This document shows, in pieces, positions 1 through 8,877 of a DNA stretch of 57,720 nucleotides. The notes beneath the pieces were generated by a model. That model saw only the letters and a list, made by a program, of their open reading frames with translations. It did not search any database and was not told the origin of the DNA. A program made the translations under genes and the position numbers. Source of the stretch: Paracoccaceae bacterium (GTDB taxonomy: Bacteria > Pseudomonadota > Alphaproteobacteria > Rhodospirillales > Rhodospirillaceae). Positions within the stretch are counted from its first letter, which is position 1. Every line of letters begins with the position of its first letter. The DNA lies in NCBI GenBank assembly GCA_020446775.1, contig JAGREB010000035.1:1-57720 (forward strand), given 5' to 3'.

Positions 1-593
1 TCTTCCGATACACGATCTCTGACGAATCCACCTCGGACCTTATGCGCCAACCGATTCAAAGCGGCCCGCGACGCCGCGTTGGGTTCAACCGAGGCATCGG
101 CTTTGTCGCCCACGAACAGATTCGTACCGGGCCCAAACAAGATCATCGGACAAGGCACGGAGTTGAGAATCTGAAGGTCCGCTATCACATCGGGATTTAA
201 ATCCTGCGCCGTCTTAAACATGAAGTAGCCGCCGGCACCGAGGACAAAAACATCGCGATCGGGATCAATCGTAGATATGAAATCGGTGGTAAGTTCGCGC
301 CACCTCAATTCAATGACTTCACCAATCTCGAATTGCGCGGCTTCGGCGATCAACTCGGGTATGGCTTTCGCAATTGCCAAGTCGCCGCGATTCGTTCTTT
401 CGCGATCGATATAGTGGTGATAGTGGCCAGGGACTTTTCCGGTCCAACGAAATGTCGAAACCGCAAGGGCTCGGACAACCTGACTCTTCAAGGCGGCTGG
501 CAAAGATCGCGCGATTGGCCGATAGGCGGTGTTGAGCGGTTCTGCGACGTACAGTATTAGACGAGAGAACGTCTTGACTTTTGACAATGTCAC
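1..593 (-). CDS. polysaccharide pyruvyl transferase-like protein (N-terminal part; the CDS leaves the window at nt 1)
   Basis: This ORF is absent from the ORF track because it runs off the window edge. My minus-strand translation from GTG at 593 (alternative TTG at 587) stays open to nt 1: (M)TLSKVKTFSRLILYVAEPLNTAYRP...YIDRERTNRGDLAIAKAIPELI...VFVLGAGGYFMF...GFVRDRVSE. The NxGDxAI, GxGG and RDxxS blocks resemble PF04230-type pyruvyl transferases. The call rests on recollection only. Confidence 0.5.
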   Translation of the reverse strand, partial: MTLSKVKTFSRLILYVAEPLNTAYRPIARSLPAALKSQVVRALAVSTFRWTGKVPGHYHHYIDRERTNRGDLAIAKAIPELIAEAAQFEIGEVIELRWRELTTDFISTIDPDRDVFVLGAGGYFMFKTAQDLNPDVIADLQILNSVPCPMILFGPGTNLFVGDKADASVEPNAASRAALNRLAHKVRGGFVRDRVSE

Positions 594-668
594 ACAGCCC
601 CAATATCTTTTATACCGATATACGCTGCATTATCGACTTATTGATGTAACCGCCACAATATCTCACGC

Positions 669-1733
669 GTGTTGATTTCCGCAATGACCATCGACAAACT
701 GGTCGCACTTAAGATATTCGCCAAAAGATTCCTATTTGAGATCGGGGGGCTTCGCCTTTGGCACCGGTTTGTGAATCGCCGCAATCTTACGGTGGTAATG
801 TTTCATAGGGTCGTCCCGCTCAACGACTCGAGATTCTCATCCGCTAATCCGCATTACACGATCACGCCAGACGAATTCCGATCCTGCCTTTCATTTTTCA
901 AAAAATTTTATTCTGTCGTGTCACTGGAGCAAGTGAAGGCGGCGTGCGGCGGCGCGACTTTGCCCCCTTGTCCACTACTCATCACGTTTGATGATGGCTG
1001 GCGCGACACACTCGATTATGCTGCTCCGGTTTTGCGAGAATTTGATCTGCCCGCGGTTGTTTTTGTAAGCACAGGGCAGCTGGGAACGAACGAAGGCTAC
1101 TGGCAGGAAGACATCCTTAGGCTCGCTGACCGCGGTGATTTGAAAATCGACGAGGCCATCGCAATATGTGGTGGCGAAGACGCCTTCTCACAGAAATCCC
1201 GCGGTCAGAAATGGCCGGACGCTATGGTCGAGAAACTCAACCGTATACCTCCATCAATGCGCCGCACAGCCATAAAAGGGCTTAGTGCGCGCCGCGCGTG
1301 CCTAGATAGGACGATGCTTAATGAGGCGGAATTGGTACAATTGAGCGGGCTTAACTTCGATATCGGAGGTCATGGGCATTCGCATGATCCGTTGACCGAA
1401 ATCGGTGATATTGAAGTTGAAATCAAGAACTGTAGGGAACGCTTGTCAAATTTACCTTTGAAGGCCGCTCCTGAAAGCTTCTCTTTCCCGCATGGAAGGT
1501 ACAATCGGCAAATCTCGGATACAGCGGAGCACCATGGTTTCCGAATGCGCTTTTCAAGCGAACCACTCTTGAACTCGGTGGACACATTGGACGGCGCCGA
1601 AGCGATTGGTCGAATCGAAATCGATTTATCGCGCTTGCGCACTGGCAACGGGTTTGATTCGAGGAGAAACTTGCCGGAATTGGCCATGAATCTGGTGCTT
1701 CGGCCTGCACGGCGTGGACCGGCAAATGAATGA
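669..1733 (+). CDS. polysaccharide deacetylase (NodB/CE4 family)
   Basis: A 354-aa ORF carries ITFDDGWRD (the CE4 Asp-Asp motif) and GGHGHSHD (a His motif). ATG at 684 is an alternative start. Confidence 0.8.
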   Translation: MLISAMTIDKLVALKIFAKRFLFEIGGLRLWHRFVNRRNLTVVMFHRVVPLNDSRFSSANPHYTITPDEFRSCLSFFKKFYSVVSLEQVKAACGGATLPPCPLLITFDDGWRDTLDYAAPVLREFDLPAVVFVSTGQLGTNEGYWQEDILRLADRGDLKIDEAIAICGGEDAFSQKSRGQKWPDAMVEKLNRIPPSMRRTAIKGLSARRACLDRTMLNEAELVQLSGLNFDIGGHGHSHDPLTEIGDIEVEIKNCRERLSNLPLKAAPESFSFPHGRYNRQISDTAEHHGFRMRFSSEPLLNSVDTLDGAEAIGRIEIDLSRLRTGNGFDSRRNLPELAMNLVLRPARRGPANE

Positions 1734-1759
1734 TCTCAGATTTCATTCTCGCCAACGGT

Positions 1760-2821
1760 TTATTCACGAGCAAGAACACGCCTGAGCGTGGACAGTCTCC
1801 AGTCCAAAGCGGAAAAACCGCGCGCGATCACTCCGGCCACCCCATCACGTACCATTAGTCTGCGGGCAAAATATTGCTCCGCATTGGAAAAATCCCGTTT
1901 GGCTTGCGTATCACCTTCGCCCCGGTTTATGAGCGTAATGCCGTCGTCCTTTGCGTGTTGGATCGTATGCCACAGCAAGAGCCGCCCAGGAGAGTATTTC
2001 CTCAAATCGGGCTCATACACGGGAAACCAATAGTTCAATGTTCCTTGTCCAAGCAATCCGATGTGACTAGCGATCACGTCCTCGTCGGCACATAGTTCGG
2101 AGACATGCAACCGACAAAAGTCAGAATCGACGCGCGTTAGCTCGAGCAATAGCGTAAGGCGGCTGCTGGCTGCAAAAACGTCTTCGGCTTTTGTCGCGCG
2201 GTATTGAAGCCGCTTTCGTTCGACAATGCTTCTCACTTGGTCGGATGTCGGCCGCGGATAGCTGCGATATTTGATGGGTCCGAGATCTTTGGCTAAACGG
2301 CGCATGCGGCGTTCAGTGTCTCTGACAAAATCTACGTTTGCGGCGGTCAGATTCTCAAGGTATGCCTCGGGTCCATCGGAGAGATTAATGAGATGACCCT
2401 TTGCAATTTCGGAATCGGTAGGCGCGCGATCGAGCCGGATTTCCTTTTGTTGGAGCGGCAAGTGGGAAACATGGTAACCGGTCAAGCTACATATGCGGAG
2501 AAGTTTGCGCTCGGGTATTGATGTACCATCGCGAGCCACAACGCCGGCACAATCCGAAAGCTCTTCGCCAATGCGCACCGCATATCCAAGCTTTGATGCG
2601 AAAGGACCGGAAAATTGAAACGGGAAAAAGCCGATAACATCGCCATCTTCGTGCAAGACTGCAACGCGGGCGGAGCCGTAAGCTCGCTCGCATGCTCGAC
2701 TAAACTCTGGTGAAAGAAAGGCTGCGGCTTGGTACCGGGCGTCGCGTAAATACTGATGCCAGAGCGCGATGTTGTTCGTGGAAATTTTTGAAGGCTCTTG
2801 CACGTCTGCAATAAGTGTCAC
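1760..2821 (-). CDS. CelD/BioF2-like GNAT-fold acyltransferase (FemAB-related, Acetyltransf_6-like)
   Basis: A 353-aa ORF with a GTG start. The C-terminal block RLLLWHTIQHAKDDGITLINRGEGDTQAKRDF is typical of CelD-like proteins in EPS loci. Confidence 0.6.
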   Translation of the reverse strand: MTLIADVQEPSKISTNNIALWHQYLRDARYQAAAFLSPEFSRACERAYGSARVAVLHEDGDVIGFFPFQFSGPFASKLGYAVRIGEELSDCAGVVARDGTSIPERKLLRICSLTGYHVSHLPLQQKEIRLDRAPTDSEIAKGHLINLSDGPEAYLENLTAANVDFVRDTERRMRRLAKDLGPIKYRSYPRPTSDQVRSIVERKRLQYRATKAEDVFAASSRLTLLLELTRVDSDFCRLHVSELCADEDVIASHIGLLGQGTLNYWFPVYEPDLRKYSPGRLLLWHTIQHAKDDGITLINRGEGDTQAKRDFSNAEQYFARRLMVRDGVAGVIARGFSALDWRLSTLRRVLARE

Positions 2822-3236
2822 GTCAGCCTCAATTTGTTCTTAAGTTTACGATAATGAGCAGCAAAATATCGTATGAATTCGCTGCACAATTCGTTGATAC
2901 GCGAGTGATCACAATCTACCAACCTACGATTTGAAGAAATTAAGGTAATGCATGCCGATTTGGATTGTAACTCATATTAGTTCTTCGGGTGAGCGGGCCA
3001 CACCGGGATTTGCATTTGATGCAGCGGGGACTGGGCTTGCGAGTTCATGGCGCAAAGCGTTTTTCTACTGGGCGAAAGCAAACGATTCTATTGGCGCGCA
3101 GGTGTCGGATTAAGCACGCATGGAATTCGAATCAGACCGCGATATTGTTCTGTGGCGCGTGCGGCACAGATTCTTATAATACTATCAGCCTACACTCTTG
3201 TTATGTACAACTCGTTCGATTACTGGATCATTTGGA

Positions 3237-4184
3237 ATGGCGAGTCCTACGGTTAGCGTTATCGTTCCAGCTTTCAACGCTGCGAGTTTCTTACCTCGTG
3301 CTCTGCGTTCCGTTGCCCAGCAAACGATGCGTGATTTTGAAGTCATCGTAGTTGATGACGCAAGCTCCGATGACACTGTCGAGGTCGCCCGCAAATACGG
3401 GGAAGAACTCGGAGTGTGTTTGCGCGTATTGGCCTTGGATACAAATTCCGGTCCGGCGGTAGCGAGGAATGCCGGGGTAGCCACAGCGAAAGGGGAATTC
3501 GTTTCATTTCTCGACGCCGACGATGTTTGGATGCCTGGGAAACTTTCCCGGCAAGTCGAGATCATGCGCGACGACAATCGCGTCACGCTTTGTGGATGCA
3601 ACGCCTATTGGGTGGATACGAATGGAGCACAAGTTGCTCTGTTATTTGAAGGTTTGGCCCCGCGCCAACCGAATGGATGGAAAATACTGTTGTGGCACTC
3701 ATATGTTGCCACACCTTGTGCAATGGCGCGGCGTGAAGACCTTGGCATCGCCCCTTTCAATCCTCGTTTAAAAATAGCCGAAGATCGCGACTTGTGGATT
3801 CGTCTGGCGACGAACGGCGTAGTCGGCCTAGTACCCGACCCGCTCGTCAACATCGAATTACGCTCGACGAGCTACATGGCTCGCAATGCGAATCTGATTG
3901 CAACGGTCACGGCCGACATGTTGCGTGGACATATGCGGTCTAACGCCGACGCTTTGTCGGTCCTGGATCATATTCGCGCCGAACGGGTTCTCGCGCGCCA
4001 AATTGGAAAACAACTTTGTTCGGCCGACAGATATTGGCGCGGCACCGGGTATCTTATTAAGTCGACGCTCATGGGCGGCGATCCTTTCGATAACTTCCGC
4101 CATATGTTGTTGACGGCACCCATAATTCGAGACATGAAGAAGTACTTTCGGTCTAAGAATTCTGCTGGAGTTCGTGGAGGCTAA
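3237..4184 (+). CDS. glycosyltransferase family 2
   Basis: VSVIVPAFNAASFLPRALRSVAQQT..FEVIVVDDASSDDT and LDADD are GT-A fold motifs. The ORF track starts at 3198, but ATG at 3237 (MASPTVSVIVP) gives a canonical N-terminus. Confidence 0.85.
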   Translation: MASPTVSVIVPAFNAASFLPRALRSVAQQTMRDFEVIVVDDASSDDTVEVARKYGEELGVCLRVLALDTNSGPAVARNAGVATAKGEFVSFLDADDVWMPGKLSRQVEIMRDDNRVTLCGCNAYWVDTNGAQVALLFEGLAPRQPNGWKILLWHSYVATPCAMARREDLGIAPFNPRLKIAEDRDLWIRLATNGVVGLVPDPLVNIELRSTSYMARNANLIATVTADMLRGHMRSNADALSVLDHIRAERVLARQIGKQLCSADRYWRGTGYLIKSTLMGGDPFDNFRHMLLTAPIIRDMKKYFRSKNSAGVRGG

Positions 4185-4294
4185 CGGCTTGCGTAATCGG
4201 TCGATCTGCAGTCCCAGGCGTTCCACTGCCCTGTATAATCTAGGGCCATGAGATTTGATTAGAGTCTGCTCGCCTTAAACGCATTATTCGAGAA

Positions 4295-5311
4295 ATGGCA
4301 CCAGCTGAGACAGTCAGGTTCATTCGCGCCGACACTTCGGCGCTTGACCGTCCACAACTCTGTATACATGTGGATACGGAAGAGGAATTCGATTGGACGG
4401 GTCCGTTTCGGAGAAGCAATACGTCTGTTCAAGCCATTTCAAATTTGCGTCTCGCGCATGATATTTTCCGCCGCTACAGCCTAAAACCGGTTTATATCGT
4501 CGATTATCCGGTCGCCTCGAGCGAACTTGCGAGGCAGACCCTCGGCCCCTGGGTTAACGGTGGCGAATGCTTGATCGGAGCCCAATTGCATCCTTGGGTT
4601 ACGCCGCCGCACGAAGAAGTCATATGCTTAGAGAATAGTTTTCCCAGCAACTTGCCGCGCGATCTTGAGCGGCGAAAACTTGAATGCCTCGCCAAAACGA
4701 TTCGTGAAAATCTCGGAGAGAATCCGAGAGTATACAAGGCTGGTCGGTATGGTCTTGATTTGGCTCGTATTGATACGCTTGTGGAGCTTGGGTTCAGAGT
4801 GGATACGAGCGTGGTTCCGTTCAAGAGCTTTGCCGGCAAAGGTGGCGGGCCAGATTTTTTCGGGCTCCCAGACCAGCCATTTTGGTCTTTGAAGTATCCC
4901 GATTTTCTATTCTTACCTGTTACGGGCAGCTTAATCGGGCCTTGGCGCAACATTGATCGCGCAAGTCTCGATAGGTACCTTTTCAGCGATACCGCTATAA
5001 GATGGAGAATTCCTAGCGTGCTTGCGCGCCTCGGCTTGGTCGAACGCATCAGTTTGTCTCCAGAGGGGGCCGACGAGAATGATATGATACGTCTAATGGA
5101 CAACTTGGTTGGCCACGGGAAAAAGGTTTTATGCCTTTCGTTTCACAGCCCGTCCTTGATGCCGGGGTGCACACCATATGTATCGGACGAACGTAGCCTG
5201 CAACGATTCATTTACATCCTTGAATCGGTTCTCGAGCATTTCTTTGGAAAGCTGAACGGCGCGCCGACAGACTCACTGACGCTTCGATCTCAACTCGGAA
5301 AAGGCGTGTAG
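4295..5311 (+). CDS. WalW-like protein of the glycoside hydrolase/deacetylase superfamily
   Basis: A 338-aa ORF. The N-terminal IHVDTEEEFDW motif is one I recall from WalW-type polysaccharide-deacetylase-fold proteins. The functional call is weak. Confidence 0.5.
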   Translation: MAPAETVRFIRADTSALDRPQLCIHVDTEEEFDWTGPFRRSNTSVQAISNLRLAHDIFRRYSLKPVYIVDYPVASSELARQTLGPWVNGGECLIGAQLHPWVTPPHEEVICLENSFPSNLPRDLERRKLECLAKTIRENLGENPRVYKAGRYGLDLARIDTLVELGFRVDTSVVPFKSFAGKGGGPDFFGLPDQPFWSLKYPDFLFLPVTGSLIGPWRNIDRASLDRYLFSDTAIRWRIPSVLARLGLVERISLSPEGADENDMIRLMDNLVGHGKKVLCLSFHSPSLMPGCTPYVSDERSLQRFIYILESVLEHFFGKLNGAPTDSLTLRSQLGKGV

Positions 5312-5417
5312 AAGCCGGCCGCGCGCTGCAAGGCGGCGCGTTCAACGTTCCACATTGGAAAAGCGCCCGAACTCCAGCCGCTAAAACGCCGTGAGCGACG
5401 CCTCCCGCATGCTCGCC

Positions 5418-6737
5418 TTACACAGCGGGAATAATCTTTCTGCCGGAGCCAATTCGCTTTGGTCGCAGTTTCGAGTTCGAGTTCATCCCGGACCCCGCTT
5501 CAACGTTTCGGGATATGTACGTGTGCGCAGAAATACCCGTGCAAACCATCAGGAAGAATGTATCCGAGTAGGCGACAGATAGCGCGCCCCCACCGGTAGC
5601 GAAAACCAAGAGACAGGTGCGTACCGCGATTGCAAGGTCATACGCCCATCGGCGATCGGGGTGCGATTTTCCAAGGCGGATAAGATCACCCATTGCCCGC
5701 CATACAGAAAACAACACTACAAGATAAATAATCAAGCCAGGCCAGCCCTGTTCTCCGAGAACTTGGAAATAGATACTGTGAGCGGCATGGCTTTCGACGC
5801 CAGGCAAGTATCGGTCCCAGATCGCCGGCTGAATTGGCCCCTCGAAGCCGGTTCCGAAAGGGAAATCGGCCGCAGCTTGAAATGCGACGAGCCACGCGTC
5901 AACTCGTCCCTGAAACGAAGAATCTTCCGAAGCGTTTGAGATCGTCGATATTCTATCCAGATATTGTTGGGGAACAAACTGCATTGCCATCGGCCCGAGC
6001 ATCGCCAACGCGATCACGATATACAAAATTTTTCGCTTATGCTGAAAAAGTACTGAACCCAGGGCGATGGAAAGCGCAATAAATCCACCTCTTGAAAAAG
6101 TCCCTATGATCGCGATTGACGTGAAAATCATTTGGACGATCAAACCTGCGCGAAGAATTCTCGACTGCAAATTTAATAAGAGATAGTTGAGAAATGGAAT
6201 CGTCATCGCAAGCGCGAGTGCGAGGTGATTCCGGTCGGATAATTGACTTTGTTCAGGACCGTTGATGATTCCCGCACCAGCGGTGACGATCGTTCTAAGC
6301 CCTCCCCAAAGGCCGTAAAACCCTAAGGAAACGAGAATTACCCATATTAGTCCATTGATTCGCACGGGATTGTTGACGACAACCGTACATAACGCGATCA
6401 GCAACATGATTTTTGCGTTTCGGTCCCACATGTTTGGCGCCGTGGGCGAAACAGCGAATACAAATGTCGTCAACGTATACCAACCAACGAATACCGATAC
6501 CCATATCAGGAACCGACTAAAGCGGAAATTTTTCAAGTCACTTGGATTCATCAGCACCGCACCAATCGTTACGATCGCAATGATCTGATTGATCGGCTGG
6601 TCAGCAAGAAACCCGAAAACCATTCGATGAGGATTCAGGAGCGAAACCCATGCCCAAAGGTATATCCCGATTACGGGAAACCTTATGGTCATCGACACAA
6701 ATATACTAAGATAGAGAATTAGAAATATATCGCGCAT
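5418..6737 (-). CDS. O-antigen ligase/Wzy_C-like membrane protein, exosortase A-associated type
   Basis: A 439-aa polytopic membrane ORF. The N-terminus MRDIFLILYL...IGIYLWAWVSLLNPHR matches the pattern of the exosortase-A-associated O-glycosylation ligase family (TIGR03097-like). Confidence 0.8.
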   Translation of the reverse strand: MRDIFLILYLSIFVSMTIRFPVIGIYLWAWVSLLNPHRMVFGFLADQPINQIIAIVTIGAVLMNPSDLKNFRFSRFLIWVSVFVGWYTLTTFVFAVSPTAPNMWDRNAKIMLLIALCTVVVNNPVRINGLIWVILVSLGFYGLWGGLRTIVTAGAGIINGPEQSQLSDRNHLALALAMTIPFLNYLLLNLQSRILRAGLIVQMIFTSIAIIGTFSRGGFIALSIALGSVLFQHKRKILYIVIALAMLGPMAMQFVPQQYLDRISTISNASEDSSFQGRVDAWLVAFQAAADFPFGTGFEGPIQPAIWDRYLPGVESHAAHSIYFQVLGEQGWPGLIIYLVVLFSVWRAMGDLIRLGKSHPDRRWAYDLAIAVRTCLLVFATGGGALSVAYSDTFFLMVCTGISAHTYISRNVEAGSGMNSNSKLRPKRIGSGRKIIPAV

Positions 6738-6971
6738 CGTTCGTGAAACTACACGTACACCGATGCATTGTCGACATTCTCATGCCGGTTTAGGTGGCGC
6801 CTATGCGATCGTGCCACCAGCCGACGGCAGAGCCCGAAACTAGGTTTGGGGACGACAAAAAGGTTGGAATCGCGAGGAGTGAATAATCGACGTGATCAAG
6901 AACTAATTCGGTTCTAAGTGGGCGGATTCAGCCGTGCCACGAAATGAAAACTCGCGTACGCCACTTGCGTC

Positions 6972-8744
6972 TCAAAGCCGCCATTTGGGCGTAACCGTCC
7001 AATTGTTTGTCAACTGCCCCCTGCTCCAGGCCAAGGCATCGGTCACATCTTCAACGCCAATCATGTCGATGAAAACCAGAGCACCCCGTGTATATTGCAA
7101 ATAGTTTTTGTCTTCGCTGACAAGCCAGTCGTCCGACGTCGGAACTTGGTAGTTATAAATTTCCGCGTTGAGCGACCACGCGTCCGCCCAACTCGAAACC
7201 CACTCGACCTTGCCCGGAGGACTGAGCGATAAATCGTATGGTGTGGCATATGCACGAGGCCAACCGCGCTTGTTGGACGTTCTCGCGATTTGTGTGTCTA
7301 TCTGCCATTTAAATTGCGGTAACCAAGACTCAAATCCCATCAAGATTACCCATCCCATGACCGAGGAAACAAAATCTTCCTGCCATGGTTTTGTAATCCC
7401 GTCGTATCCACGTGGATCGCGAAGCGCACGAAATATCTTTCGCGGCGGGTAGTCGCTTTCAACGAATTCGCCTTGAAACCATATCCTCGTGCGTTCAAGC
7501 AAATCTACCCAATATTTCTTGGGCAACAGCCAGCGCGGCGGCTCCGCCGGCGAAACGTTAGCTGCCTGACTAAGCGTGCGAAGCGACCACGCGAACGAAC
7601 GCGATTGAGGAATACTTAGCCGATACTCGGGAACCAAAGATCCGCGATTCCAATTTGCGGCGAATTGAAGCTCTTCCAAATAATACGGATCGCCGGTAAG
7701 GAGATACGGAAGGTAGGCGACAGCAGGTTGGTGCGATGAATCGACCTTAAAATCCGAGGCCAGAGTCTTAATCTTGTTCTTGCTGGGCGCTACATCCGGA
7801 TACCAAGTCGCCTGCGAATAGACATCAAGGTCAATGGGCGCACCGGTCTCGAGGTCGCGCATATGCCACGGAATGGTTCCCGCAGCTTCAGCTTGGGCAA
7901 TAATAACATCTCGATCAGCAGGCGCTTGGCTTACGATATATTGCGCCTGCCACCCAGTCACCATCCCGATATCGTCCCGTTCGCCTGTGCCGGGCATGTA
8001 AAGCTCGAGCCCGGCCGACCCCATAATTTCGTACTTAAAACGATTTGCATTGCGCTTCTCATTTTTGGGCGCGGCCGTTCGCTGTGGTGAAGCGCCGATA
8101 CCAAGCGACTTGCCGCGTTCAGTTGGAGCAGGATTACCGAACAAGAGCTTCCCTGCATCGGTCAATTGCGGCGCAGCAGGCAATCCACCGGCAGTTGATG
8201 CTGATTGACTTTTACGTGAAGCGGCAGGGGCCTGAACGTTCGTTGCAGATATTGAGTGTTGGGATAAACCGAAGGGAGGCAGTAAATGGCTCTTAATCAA
8301 TTGCGAGACGTCTCCGACGACCGGCCGCGGCATAGATTGCCAGCGCCATCGCGAAAACCAGAAGTGTTTTGGGATTTGAATCGTCGCGAGCACCGTAGAA
8401 TCGCGATAAATTTTTGCAACGTATGCTTCTAAATGTTGGGGGTCTGCGCCCCACAAGCGGCCGAACTCGAATACGATTTCTGTTCTTTCACCATCGAGGT
8501 CAGGCCTAAAATGAACAACAAGCGGAAAATCTGGGCGTTGCGCCGCCCAGCATCCCTGAACAAAACCGCCGATCGGCGATTGAAAAGATCCGAGATCTAC
8601 ACCGGCCTGCAGCGTGTAACTGTACTCTTTACCGTGGTATTCAATGGTGACTGCGAGATTTGGCAGGGATTGGGCAAATGCCCGATCAGCTTGCAACGCA
8701 CAAGCGCCCACAGAACCGATGAAGCGGCGGCGATCATAAGTCAT
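6972..8744 (-). CDS. secreted protein of unknown family (paralog A), probable Tat signal
   Basis: The ORF track gives 6972..8807. ATG at 8744 gives MTYDRRRFIGSVGACALQADRAFA, a twin-arginine-type signal. The protein shares long conserved blocks with the next ORF (HFWFSRWRWQS, YMPGTGER, HQPAVAYLPYLLTGDPYYLEELQF, YTRGAL). I recognise no family. Confidence 0.8.
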   Translation of the reverse strand: MTYDRRRFIGSVGACALQADRAFAQSLPNLAVTIEYHGKEYSYTLQAGVDLGSFQSPIGGFVQGCWAAQRPDFPLVVHFRPDLDGERTEIVFEFGRLWGADPQHLEAYVAKIYRDSTVLATIQIPKHFWFSRWRWQSMPRPVVGDVSQLIKSHLLPPFGLSQHSISATNVQAPAASRKSQSASTAGGLPAAPQLTDAGKLLFGNPAPTERGKSLGIGASPQRTAAPKNEKRNANRFKYEIMGSAGLELYMPGTGERDDIGMVTGWQAQYIVSQAPADRDVIIAQAEAAGTIPWHMRDLETGAPIDLDVYSQATWYPDVAPSKNKIKTLASDFKVDSSHQPAVAYLPYLLTGDPYYLEELQFAANWNRGSLVPEYRLSIPQSRSFAWSLRTLSQAANVSPAEPPRWLLPKKYWVDLLERTRIWFQGEFVESDYPPRKIFRALRDPRGYDGITKPWQEDFVSSVMGWVILMGFESWLPQFKWQIDTQIARTSNKRGWPRAYATPYDLSLSPPGKVEWVSSWADAWSLNAEIYNYQVPTSDDWLVSEDKNYLQYTRGALVFIDMIGVEDVTDALAWSRGQLTNNWTVTPKWRL

Positions 8745-8877
8745 GACCGTTTGACACCCTTTTGCGCAAACGTATGGCAGCCCGCGCCTAGCATAACAAC
8801 CTTTCAACGAACCCCAAAGCGATCAACCGGTAATCCAGTTCAAGACTGCCAAGTGCAGTCCGATTGGCGGACCGGTA

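Noticed and set aside
319-603. ORF-track calls 319-603 (minus strand, 94 aa) and 333-560 (plus strand, 75 aa).
   Set aside because: Both overlap, in other frames, the edge-truncated minus-strand reading frame (1-593) that carries pyruvyl-transferase-like motifs. Neither has any recognisable features.
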